The position numbers and the translations under genes are program-made. This document shows, piece by piece, positions 41,791 to 49,748 of a DNA stretch of 64,000 bases. The DNA is taken from IMG/VR virus record IMGVR_UViG_3300031994_004484. One strand, 5' to 3'. Source of the DNA: a virus. Its lineage: Duplodnaviria > Caudoviricetes. Each line of letters begins with the position of its first letter. The stretch's first letter is position 1. A model generated the notes under the pieces. It was not told where the DNA came from. It made no database searches and was given only the letters and a program-made list of their open reading frames with translations.

Positions 41791-42573
41791 ATGGAATACA
41801 TTGAAGAAAACGAAGTTACTGAAACAATTGATACACCGCAGAACGAACAACAGGTGCAGCCAATAACGAAAAACGAGACAAACTTCAACCTTCTTGAAAG
41901 AATGGTAAGGCTTGTGGTCAGGTACGGTGTCTGGAATATCATAAAAGCCATAATGCTTCTCATAGCCTTCATCATGGTCATGTGGACGGCTACCCACATG
42001 GACACCATATTCGAGAAGGTTATAATGAAACAGGAGACAAAGGAAGTCTTATATCACGAAAGCGTCATGAAACACAGAACGGAGATAAAACCAAAGATAG
42101 ACCTGATTCTGAAGAACACTCTTGACGAGATGGACGCTGACAGGGTTTTCGTGATAGAGATGCACAACGGGACGAACAGCCTTTCTGGCCTTCCTTTTGT
42201 GTATTGTGAGATGACCTACGAGACTTGCAAAAAGGGTATCATGCGCGTCGATGACGAATACGGTTCTGTCGTTCTTTCTAGATACGCTCTACCGTATTAC
42301 ATGTCAGAGAACAGTGTGTATTGCGGTACTGTTGACGAACTTGAAGAGATAGACCCGAAGCTTGCACACCGGATGCGCGACAACGGTACATATTACATTT
42401 GTGTTGCGAACATGTACAGCTTGAACGAATATATAGGGTATGTTGGAATAGGGTACGCCGAGGGAAGTCAGCCTGCTGACAAGGAAAAACTTAAAGACGC
42501 GGTGTTCAAGATGTCACAGAGAGTGTCAACCCTTTTGGAACCAAGTCAAATCCCAAATATCTATGAAGAATAA
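41791..42573 (+). CDS. Putative holin, T4 T-like (one TM plus GAF-like domain)
   Basis: Single TM, then ADRVFVIEMHNG...MTYE and IGYVGIGY, a GAF-like pattern. Confidence 0.5.
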   Translation: MEYIEENEVTETIDTPQNEQQVQPITKNETNFNLLERMVRLVVRYGVWNIIKAIMLLIAFIMVMWTATHMDTIFEKVIMKQETKEVLYHESVMKHRTEIKPKIDLILKNTLDEMDADRVFVIEMHNGTNSLSGLPFVYCEMTYETCKKGIMRVDDEYGSVVLSRYALPYYMSENSVYCGTVDELEEIDPKLAHRMRDNGTYYICVANMYSLNEYIGYVGIGYAEGSQPADKEKLKDAVFKMSQRVSTLLEPSQIPNIYEE

Positions 42574-42850
42574 TGGCAACATCGTCAAAATCGTGCTTGA
42601 GGTACTGCAATGGCTGCTCATAGCTTCCGTGTTTGCAATGTACCTCATCGTGTATTCACGCGTCACAGAACATCTCCATATGGAAAAGGATGCCATACTA
42701 TACGAACAGATAGACAACAGCAAGCAAATTGAGCGACTAAACGGAGAGAAAATGGCACTAATAGATTCCATATCAAGCATGTCCAAGGACACAGTCTATA
42801 TTATTAGATACAAGACCATTGTCGAAACAAAACAAACCACGATAGAATAA
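42563..42850 (+). CDS. Membrane-anchored coiled-coil protein (possible spanin-like)
   Basis: N-terminal TM, short coiled coil, DTVY motif; overlaps the holin-like gene. Confidence 0.4.
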   Translation: MKNNGNIVKIVLEVLQWLLIASVFAMYLIVYSRVTEHLHMEKDAILYEQIDNSKQIERLNGEKMALIDSISSMSKDTVYIIRYKTIVETKQTTIE

Positions 42851-42871
42851 ATACTATTTTTTTTTAAACAT

Positions 42872-42910
42872 AAAAGCAGGTCGTACATTTGTTTCTGCCT
42901 GCTTTTTTTT
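42872..42910 (+). terminator. Intrinsic terminator
   Basis: AAAAGCAGG...CCTGCTTTTTTTT. Confidence 0.7.
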
Positions 42911-42941
42911 ATATATTTGTATAAGAAAAAATAAATGATAT

Positions 42942-43121
42942 ATGTTAAAGTTTGTTTTAATATTCCTTACGGTGTTGTCTTCGCTGAACATTTTAAGGGA
43001 AATCCTAAACATAGTGAAAGTTTTCAGGAGAGGTGAGGAATACAAGAGGCCGTGGTACATGACGTTGCTTTCAATGTTCTCCATATCGTTTTTAATAACT
43101 GTAATGATAATCGGTATATAA
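42942..43121 (+). CDS. Small two-TM membrane protein (59 aa, below the ORF-track cutoff)
   Basis: Hand translation MLKFVLIFLTVLSSLNILREILNIVKVFRRGEEYKRPWYMTLLSMFSISFLITVMIIGI*. TATATTTG at 42912 upstream; TAATG coupling to the next gene. Confidence 0.7.
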   Translation: MLKFVLIFLTVLSSLNILREILNIVKVFRRGEEYKRPWYMTLLSMFSISFLITVMIIGI

Positions 43122-43717
43122 TGGCAGCGGACGAATTTCAGGACAGGATGATGAAGTACATAAAGTACGGACTCACTATAAAGACAACAACAGCCGACGG
43201 GAAGGAATACAATTTGGTGGGAATAAACTACAAACCGTCGTGGGATGTGGTTGAGCCATCCAAAGACAGCGGTGTTTTCTGTATACCGGATAGAAATGGT
43301 GTCGGTATATGTAACTATTTCACCGAAACCAAGAACGGGGTCGGATGCATATTCGATTCCATAGAGGAGACCATACGCTATAACGAGGACGTGGAAAAGA
43401 AGGTGAATTTGCTTCGTTTGAAAATAGGTGAATTGCAGGAATTGTTCGCCAATGAAAGTTATGAAGACCTTACAATGTTGAGGTTTGTAATAGACAAGGA
43501 AAAACCTAAGAAACAGAAAAGCAAGAAGCAACAGCCTGAGAAAAAGGTTGAGGAACACAATACGGAACCTGAATCCGTAAAAGTGGAAGAACCAATAGCC
43601 TCAAATGATGATGAAGTTGTTGTTAACATGGAAGATACGCATGTTGTTACAGGAAATAATAAGGAGGAAGCCAACGAGATTGACACAAAGATAGCGAGGG
43701 CCCTCGGAAAAATATAG
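43121..43717 (+). CDS. Hypothetical protein
   Basis: Start moved to ATG 43121 (TAATG overlap); coiled coil and acidic tail. Confidence 0.65.
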   Translation: MAADEFQDRMMKYIKYGLTIKTTTADGKEYNLVGINYKPSWDVVEPSKDSGVFCIPDRNGVGICNYFTETKNGVGCIFDSIEETIRYNEDVEKKVNLLRLKIGELQELFANESYEDLTMLRFVIDKEKPKKQKSKKQQPEKKVEEHNTEPESVKVEEPIASNDDEVVVNMEDTHVVTGNNKEEANEIDTKIARALGKI

Positions 43718-43724
43718 TTTTGCT

Positions 43725-44147
43725 ATGGTTTTTGCAATAATTTTCGCGTACATTTTCTACGCTTACGGTCTTACCACCATAATGGTATACGGAAGAGGCC
43801 CGTTCGGTATATGTGACAAGATAAGGGCAACCGCAATGAGGATTTCTGACGGATTAGGTGAATTGTTTTCATGTCCGATGTGTTTTTCAACATGGGTTGG
43901 CCTTGTAACGTCGTTCATAGACATTGTTTTTATAAAAAACACCGCCTTTACACCGTTCAGCATAATATTGGGTTCCGTTGGAGGCTTTTGGGCTTCATTG
44001 TTCATTATTCTGCTTGACGGATTCTTCACATCCGGTGTTGTATGGCTGCTGCACGAGTTTGAAGAGGCAATGGAACGGCATGATGTGATATACAGTGACG
44101 AATTGATGGAGGAACCAAAAGATGAGTCGAAAGTTGATAGAAACTGA
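43725..44147 (+). CDS. DUF1360-like membrane protein
   Basis: GELFSCPMCFSTWVG motif between TM segments. Confidence 0.65.
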   Translation: MVFAIIFAYIFYAYGLTTIMVYGRGPFGICDKIRATAMRISDGLGELFSCPMCFSTWVGLVTSFIDIVFIKNTAFTPFSIILGSVGGFWASLFIILLDGFFTSGVVWLLHEFEEAMERHDVIYSDELMEEPKDESKVDRN

Positions 44148-44349
44148 GCTGGAGAAAAGCCGCAATGAATCGGAAATGAATTCCGCATTAACCGAAATCA
44201 CAAAAAAAAGGATGGCTGACAACTTTCGCGAAATCCCATATGCAATTCTTGCATCAAAGCCAAAAAAATACAGGAAACCGTTAAAGATGAGATTGAAGGA
44301 AAGGTTTTATGATTTCACGGAAAGAATAAGGATAGTTTTCGGTTTTTAG
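44122..44349 (+). CDS. Hypothetical protein
   Basis: Tight operon packing. Confidence 0.55.
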   Translation: MSRKLIETELEKSRNESEMNSALTEITKKRMADNFREIPYAILASKPKKYRKPLKMRLKERFYDFTERIRIVFGF

Positions 44350-44352
44350 GAT

Positions 44353-44622
44353 ATGGTATTGAACGACATTTATATTATAGCGGAATCAATTGACAATGCC
44401 TTGTCAAAGACAAACCGTCCGCAAGAGCGTGATGACGGTAGGCATACTGTTACAATTTCTTTGGGGGTTACTCCGTATGAGGTACAAATGATAGACAGGG
44501 AGCTTTATTACAGGACAAACGGGAGCATGGAAGGTCATACACCAAGCGATGAAGTTTCAATAGAGCTTTACGGCATGAAGTTTGAACTTGTTCCTACCGA
44601 TATAGAGGAGGAGGTTCAATAA
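44353..44622 (+). CDS. Hypothetical protein
   Basis: Tight operon packing. Confidence 0.55.
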   Translation: MVLNDIYIIAESIDNALSKTNRPQERDDGRHTVTISLGVTPYEVQMIDRELYYRTNGSMEGHTPSDEVSIELYGMKFELVPTDIEEEVQ

Positions 44623-45613
44623 CATTCTCCTCAGACCAACCGGTTTTATTCATTATTTTTTCAACAAACTCGTCGGCATGTCGTTCAGCAACGCTGCCCG
44701 TGAACAGAACCCATTCCTCTTCGGACAGGACACGTTCCAATATATTATAAAGTCGAACCGACTCCTCGTCGTTTTTTGTTATAATGAAGTTGAAATCATT
44801 ATAATTTTCTAATATCAGATAGCAACCGAAGACATATATGCGGCAGAACCCATATTCTTTGGTTTTTTGTTTTATTATGTTTTTGATTATCCATTTTGCG
44901 TCCTTTCTTTGGTCTTGCCCGAAAACAAAGAATTTTTCCTCTATATACCAATCCTCTTTAGCTATGATAAGCCAACCGGGGTTACTTGTCTCAACGGAAA
45001 CGGCAATGCCCATGTCGTCACGGAAATCCCTGATGTTGCTTTCCCGTTCAGGGTCTATTTTCTTCTTGAGGATAATCTCATACTGTACAGGATTCAATTT
45101 TTTCCATCTTCCACGGCGTTCATAACATACAGGGCATATGACCTCCTCATGGTTTTTCTTTACCATTTCGTCCATAGCCTCCAATCCCGAGTTTTTCCAC
45201 CAAAAGCGGTTTATGGTTTTGCCCTGCTTCTTGTTTCTTGTGAAGAATAGTATATAATACCCCAATTCATCGCCTTTGCGAAGGCGATGGCGTATTCTCG
45301 GGCTCCTGTGATGCTTCACATAGTATCTGTGTTGGGCGCGTTTTCTCTTTAGGGTTTGTTGTCTTTTTTTCTCCTTGTCAGTCTTTTTTATGTACTTCTT
45401 GACCCAAACATGTGCCGTTACCTTTCTCCTTTCCTTTGACCGCTGTATTCGTCTTAGAAAGACTTCCCTTTCGCGCTTCGCCTTCTTTTCGGCAGCACGT
45501 TTTTCTTTCTCGGCCTCTCTCTCAGCTTTTTTTCTTTCGGCTATTATTATTTTATCTTTGGCAATCCTGCGCTCCAACCATTCCGAACGGTCTTTGTTTG
45601 ATACTGATGGCAT
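44594..45613 (-). CDS. Hypothetical protein with an extremely basic N-terminal third
   Basis: 339-aa ORF; R/K-rich first ~110 aa followed by a globular-looking region. Confidence 0.65.
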   Translation of the reverse strand: MPSVSNKDRSEWLERRIAKDKIIIAERKKAEREAEKEKRAAEKKAKREREVFLRRIQRSKERRKVTAHVWVKKYIKKTDKEKKRQQTLKRKRAQHRYYVKHHRSPRIRHRLRKGDELGYYILFFTRNKKQGKTINRFWWKNSGLEAMDEMVKKNHEEVICPVCYERRGRWKKLNPVQYEIILKKKIDPERESNIRDFRDDMGIAVSVETSNPGWLIIAKEDWYIEEKFFVFGQDQRKDAKWIIKNIIKQKTKEYGFCRIYVFGCYLILENYNDFNFIITKNDEESVRLYNILERVLSEEEWVLFTGSVAERHADEFVEKIMNKTGWSEENVIEPPPLYR

Positions 45614-45635
45614 AAATGGAAAACATATTATATAA

Positions 45636-45648
45636 TGTAGTATATTTG
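45636..45648 (+). promoter_or_regulatory. TGTAGTATATTTG promoter
   Basis: Exact copy upstream of 45689. Confidence 0.7.
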
Positions 45649-45688
45649 GACTATCAAAACAATATTATTTTATATTAAACACTTAATT

Positions 45689-46153
45689 ATGGCAAAGTTA
45701 GAGAAAGCTTCAGATGACATTATTGAATTTATTGAAAACATTGTGATGGACCACGGAATCGACCATTTTGCAGAATTCAGGTTCTTTGAACTGCCAAAGC
45801 AGAAGGAGGCGATAAAGGTTGCAAGGGCTAACGCCACGTCAGAGTATTTCGCCAAGACAAGCGACATGTGCACGGTCTTTGTGAACCCAAAGATTTGGGA
45901 CAGGCTTGATGATGAGCAGAAAACGCTTTTGGTTGAGAATGCGCTGTGCGGAATTTACTATGACAATGACAAGGGGCGCCTTGTTGTGGGACAGCCTAAT
46001 CTTATGATAGCTTCCGATTGTTATGCCAAATTCGGGGTAAAGCTTGTCGATGCAGCCGAAATAGCAATGCATGCATTGGAACAGATAAAGGAGGAGGAAA
46101 GAAAGGAGAAGGAAGAGGCAAGAGCCAAGAAAAAAGGCAACGCGCAGAATTAG
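45689..46153 (+). CDS. Putative phage metallopeptidase-fold protein with a degenerate active site
   Basis: VNPKIWDRLDDEQKTLLVENALCGI matches the family pattern W-x-x-L...L-x-x-HEL-x-H but lacks both His. Confidence 0.55.
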   Translation: MAKLEKASDDIIEFIENIVMDHGIDHFAEFRFFELPKQKEAIKVARANATSEYFAKTSDMCTVFVNPKIWDRLDDEQKTLLVENALCGIYYDNDKGRLVVGQPNLMIASDCYAKFGVKLVDAAEIAMHALEQIKEEERKEKEEARAKKKGNAQN

Positions 46154-46293
46154 CGTGTTGCCCTTCTGATGATACGACGGCTCCGTCTTTGGGAGCTTCT
46201 GTTGACAACCCTTGTCGGAGTCTGTGTCGTTTTGACAACCTTCACACCTCCGTTATTGGTTGTCACATTCTTTTTACCGCAATTGCATCCCAT
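46150..46293 (-). CDS. Micro-protein (47 aa) with an MGCNCGKK start and Arg-rich tail
   Basis: Hand translation MGCNCGKKNVTTNNGGVKVVKTTQTPTRVVNRSSQRRSRRIIRRATR*; its stop overlaps the convergent gene's stop. Confidence 0.7.
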   Translation of the reverse strand: MGCNCGKKNVTTNNGGVKVVKTTQTPTRVVNRSSQRRSRRIIRRATR

Positions 46294-46304
46294 AGTGTTC
46301 TATT

Positions 46305-46394
46305 TTAATTTTTGTTATTATCTTCGTTTTTGTTTTCACCCTCTTTTGGCGTAGGCTGTTTTACAACCACTTTCTTTTTGCAACCGCATCCCAT
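46305..46394 (-). CDS. Micro-protein (29 aa) with an MGCGCKK start
   Basis: Hand translation MGCGCKKKVVVKQPTPKEGENKNEDNNKN*; begins 3 nt after the upstream stop. Confidence 0.65.
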   Translation of the reverse strand: MGCGCKKKVVVKQPTPKEGENKNEDNNKN

Positions 46395-46397
46395 AGT

Positions 46398-46802
46398 TTA
46401 CCTCCTTATCTTATAGTTTGACACTTTATCGAAAGTTGATAGGAACATGTTTTTGGACATGTCGCCCTTGAAATCGTCTATTAAGGAAACAATATTCGAC
46501 AGTTTAGGATTTTCTTCGCATTGTTTCCTGAAGTCGTCCATCATTTCCGACACGGTGTTACATAATTCACCAAGGTCATCGGTCTCTTTTATGGATTGGT
46601 CGAACGAGAAATCGGTAAATTTCGGTTTTCCATAATAACCGAAAAACTGTTCGGCGAAATCGTCGGCAAAGGATAATATGGTATCGCGGATTGTGTCGCA
46701 TAACTCATGTGCGTGGTTCTTTTCGGTGGTGTAATGCACCATCTTTGTAACATCCGCATACATGTAAAGTTTCATTATGATATCACAGGCTTCCTGTTCC
46801 AT
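46398..46802 (-). CDS. Ferritin/Dps-like four-helix protein (DUF5856-like)
   Basis: H-Y-T...AHELCD...DDFAEQFFGYYG pattern; 134 aa, helical. Confidence 0.6.
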   Translation of the reverse strand: MEQEACDIIMKLYMYADVTKMVHYTTEKNHAHELCDTIRDTILSFADDFAEQFFGYYGKPKFTDFSFDQSIKETDDLGELCNTVSEMMDDFRKQCEENPKLSNIVSLIDDFKGDMSKNMFLSTFDKVSNYKIRR

Positions 46803-46822
46803 TGTAAAATGCTATTTTCTAA

Positions 46823-46830
46823 ATAAATAT
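46823..46830 (-). promoter_or_regulatory. ATATTTAT motif driving the ferritin-like / micro-ORF unit
   Basis: ATAAATAT on the + strand, 20 nt before the minus-strand ATG. Confidence 0.5.
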
Positions 46831-46879
46831 TGCCTTTTTAAGTTTTTTTAATATATCTTCAGAAACAAATATATTTTAT

Positions 46880-46892
46880 TGTAGTATATTTG
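46880..46892 (+). promoter_or_regulatory. TGTAGTATATTTG promoter
   Basis: Exact copy upstream of the nucleotidase. Confidence 0.7.
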
Positions 46893-46939
46893 TGTGGAGT
46901 AATATGTTAAAATATATGCAAAACAAAAAGGAAAAACAA

Positions 46940-47518
46940 ATGAAGTTCCTTGTTGATATTGATGATGTGTTGAGGGATTTGTTAATCAACATGGTCAGGA
47001 TATACAATAGGGAATTTGATGAAAAAATGACATATGATGATGTTTCGGATTACGATGTCAGGAAATCATTCCCGAAGGTTGTTGAAAAATACGGAGACGT
47101 AGGAAGATGGTTCTTTTCGGAACACGGCCACGAACTTTTCATTGGGAGCAATCCGATAGAAGGTTCGATTGAAGCAATTGAAAAGTTATCAGAGTACGGT
47201 ACCATACACATAGTTACCAAGCAGAGTTCAATGGATAACAAGATTGATGCATTGAAGTGGCTTGAAGCTAATAATATAAGGTATGACAGCATTTCTTTTG
47301 TCAAGGACAAGTCAATTGTTTGTTGCGATTTCTTCATTGACGATTTCCATGACAATTTTATCGGTTGCGGCTGCGAAGGTTCGACAGGTGTATTGATTGA
47401 CGCCCCATACAACAGGTTGGTCGGTTTGGAGGAACTTAAAAAGAAAACGGGTTTTGAAAAAATTGTAAGATATAAGAGTATTAAAGATTTTGCAAACGAT
47501 ATAGAAAAATTTTTATAA
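46940..47518 (+). CDS. 5'(3')-deoxyribonucleotidase (NT5C, HAD family)
   Basis: LVDIDDVL, IVT, K-x-x-WL and FIDD motifs; start moved to ATG 46940. Confidence 0.85.
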   Translation: MKFLVDIDDVLRDLLINMVRIYNREFDEKMTYDDVSDYDVRKSFPKVVEKYGDVGRWFFSEHGHELFIGSNPIEGSIEAIEKLSEYGTIHIVTKQSSMDNKIDALKWLEANNIRYDSISFVKDKSIVCCDFFIDDFHDNFIGCGCEGSTGVLIDAPYNRLVGLEELKKKTGFEKIVRYKSIKDFANDIEKFL

Positions 47519-47520
47519 TA

Positions 47521-49596
47521 ATGATAAACAACATTTTCAATTATGAGGGGTTGGAGGAGAAAAAGAACCGACTCCATGAGGCTGAAACGATATTAAAAAC
47601 GGAGTTTGTAGGGATTGACGATGTGATTGACGGGACAATATCAAATGTGCGTCCGTGGTATCTATACCCTGAATTGCAGGACAAGCCGCTTGTCATAACC
47701 CTTGTCGGAATGAGCGGGACGGGAAAGACGTCGCTTGTCAAAAGATTGTGTGAAATTCTTGACCTTGAGAAGGACATGGGCTATTTCAATTTCGGCGAAA
47801 TCAACGAGCAGAGTGCATGGGAGATAGAGGATACCATAGACGAGACGTTGAACAACGGCAGAAGGTCTAAGGTTTTTGTATATGACGAGTTCCAATATGC
47901 CGCAACGCTTGACGAGGACGGTTCGGAGAAGGAGAACAAGGGTGGCATGAAGACCTTTTGGGAGCTGATGGACACAGGACTTATAAACCGGAGGTTTCAA
48001 ATATATGAGATAACGAGGATAAGGAGGGCTTTATCCTATGCCTTGAAGATAGACAACAAATGCCATATGATAATAAGGAATGGCGTTTGGGAGAACTGCA
48101 ACGAATGCCTTTCATTTTTCAATGAATACGACAAGATGCAATTCTCTTCCATATTCAATGTCGATATTGATGAAGTGGAAGATGATGAAGTAAAGGAAAA
48201 ATATATAACATATCAGGTAAAATCCGATATGTTCCTGACACAGGGTACGCTTGATGATTTATACAGGTCGTATTCCAAAATAAACGGGGACATAGACATA
48301 ATTGATTTCAGGGACATGCTGGTGAAGATGGACTTCAATGGGCTATGTTCATTTCTTGAGGAGTTGTATGAGAAAGGAATGAAAGGTTATTCAATGGATT
48401 TCAGCAAGTCAATTGTTTTTGTCCTGATGAACCTTGACGAGGCATATCAGATAAGTTTCGATGTTAATCCCGACATGTTGCCGGATCAGTTTTACAAGAT
48501 AACAAAGAAGCTAACAGTTGTTGACATAAAGCAAGGGCTTAAGAGAAGATTCCGTAACGAGCAGATAGCACGTTTGGGTAACATCTTTATGATATATCCC
48601 GCGTTCTCAAGCGAGACCTTCATGAAGATAATCGTGATGTTCTGCCAAAGATATGCCGAAAGCGTCAAGGAGAAGTTCGGCATAGCCATATATTTCGACG
48701 AGACTGTATTAGAGCTTATATATAAGGACGCGGTTTTCCCGACACACGGAACAAGACCGATTATTTCATCAATACACGAAATTGTCAAGACAAAACTACC
48801 AATAGTTGTAGATGAGCTTTCAAGGAATGGGATAGACAAAGTTGACAATATGGTATATTCCTATGACGGCAAGGACATACACGTCAAGTCTTTCTTTGAG
48901 GACAAAGAGGTTGGCGAATCTGTCATTGAACAACCTTTAAGAGTTGAGAACCACAGGAATGTCAGTGACACAAAGAAGAGGATTGCCATAGCCGTACATG
49001 AAAGCGGGCATTTTGTGATGTACACGAAACTATATGACAAGATACCAGAAAAGGTCTGCGTCGGAACCGTAAACAGGGAAACGGGCGGATTCATGCTGAA
49101 AGACGCAGATGATTTGGATAAACTATATAGCAAGGAAGAATGCATGGCCGAAATAAAGATAAGCCTTGCAGGGTATGTTGCAGAGAAGATGGTCTTCGGA
49201 GATGTAAAAAGAACAAACGGGGCTTCAGAGGATTTGGCCAACGCAACGGTCATAGCCTCACAGATGGTAAGGAAATTCGGTTTCGGTTCAAGACCTGAAG
49301 TAACAACGTATCTTAATAACGGAACCGAAACAGGCGGAGGCAACTATCTGAATGAGGACACTAAGGAAAGGGTGAATTCGGAAGTTAAAAGGATAATATC
49401 TTCATGCATAATGGAGATTGAATCAACATTTGTTAATAATGAATGGAAAAAAATGCTGAAGGATTCGGCGTCATACCTTCTTGAAAACCCGTCAATTCCT
49501 AAGGAAAAGATGCAGGAACTGTATGATGAAGTGTCAAGCAACCTTAAAAAGGAAAATGACGAAAAAATATATTTGGAACTTTTTAACAAATTTTAA
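47521..49596 (+). CDS. AAA+ ATPase (ClpA/B D2-like) fused to an FtsH-type M41 zinc peptidase
   Basis: GMSGTGKT, FVYDEFQ, FRNEQIARLG, PTHGTRPI; then AVHESGH, LAGYVAEKMVFG, GASEDL. No TM. Confidence 0.8.
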   Translation: MINNIFNYEGLEEKKNRLHEAETILKTEFVGIDDVIDGTISNVRPWYLYPELQDKPLVITLVGMSGTGKTSLVKRLCEILDLEKDMGYFNFGEINEQSAWEIEDTIDETLNNGRRSKVFVYDEFQYAATLDEDGSEKENKGGMKTFWELMDTGLINRRFQIYEITRIRRALSYALKIDNKCHMIIRNGVWENCNECLSFFNEYDKMQFSSIFNVDIDEVEDDEVKEKYITYQVKSDMFLTQGTLDDLYRSYSKINGDIDIIDFRDMLVKMDFNGLCSFLEELYEKGMKGYSMDFSKSIVFVLMNLDEAYQISFDVNPDMLPDQFYKITKKLTVVDIKQGLKRRFRNEQIARLGNIFMIYPAFSSETFMKIIVMFCQRYAESVKEKFGIAIYFDETVLELIYKDAVFPTHGTRPIISSIHEIVKTKLPIVVDELSRNGIDKVDNMVYSYDGKDIHVKSFFEDKEVGESVIEQPLRVENHRNVSDTKKRIAIAVHESGHFVMYTKLYDKIPEKVCVGTVNRETGGFMLKDADDLDKLYSKEECMAEIKISLAGYVAEKMVFGDVKRTNGASEDLANATVIASQMVRKFGFGSRPEVTTYLNNGTETGGGNYLNEDTKERVNSEVKRIISSCIMEIESTFVNNEWKKMLKDSASYLLENPSIPKEKMQELYDEVSSNLKKENDEKIYLELFNKF

Positions 49597-49650
49597 TAAA
49601 AAAAACTTTTGTAAATAAAAGAATGTTTTTTATATTTGTCGTGTTGCCAA

Positions 49651-49700
49651 TGTCAGTACTGACAAAATGTCAGGTTATTGTTATTGGCACACGGTTTGCA
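49651..49700 (+). promoter_or_regulatory. sigma54-type -24/-12 promoter with upstream TGTCA/TGACA palindromes
   Basis: TGGCAC-ACGGT-TTGCA at 49685-49700 (GG-N10-GC); TGTCAGTACTGACA at 49651-49664; CTGACA-AAA-TGTCAG at 49659-49673. Confidence 0.65.
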
Positions 49701-49748
49701 TTATAAGGATGGAAAAAAAATAAACAATAAAATAAGTGAAAAAATATT

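Noticed and set aside
46169-46354. Hydrophobic 61-aa + strand ORF
   Set aside because: It is the antisense shadow of the two K-rich MGCxC micro-ORFs, which have better spacing and a shared start motif.
49640-49700. CIRCE (HrcA) operator before dnaK
   Set aside because: The inverted repeats do not match TTAGCACTC-N9-GAGTGCTAA.
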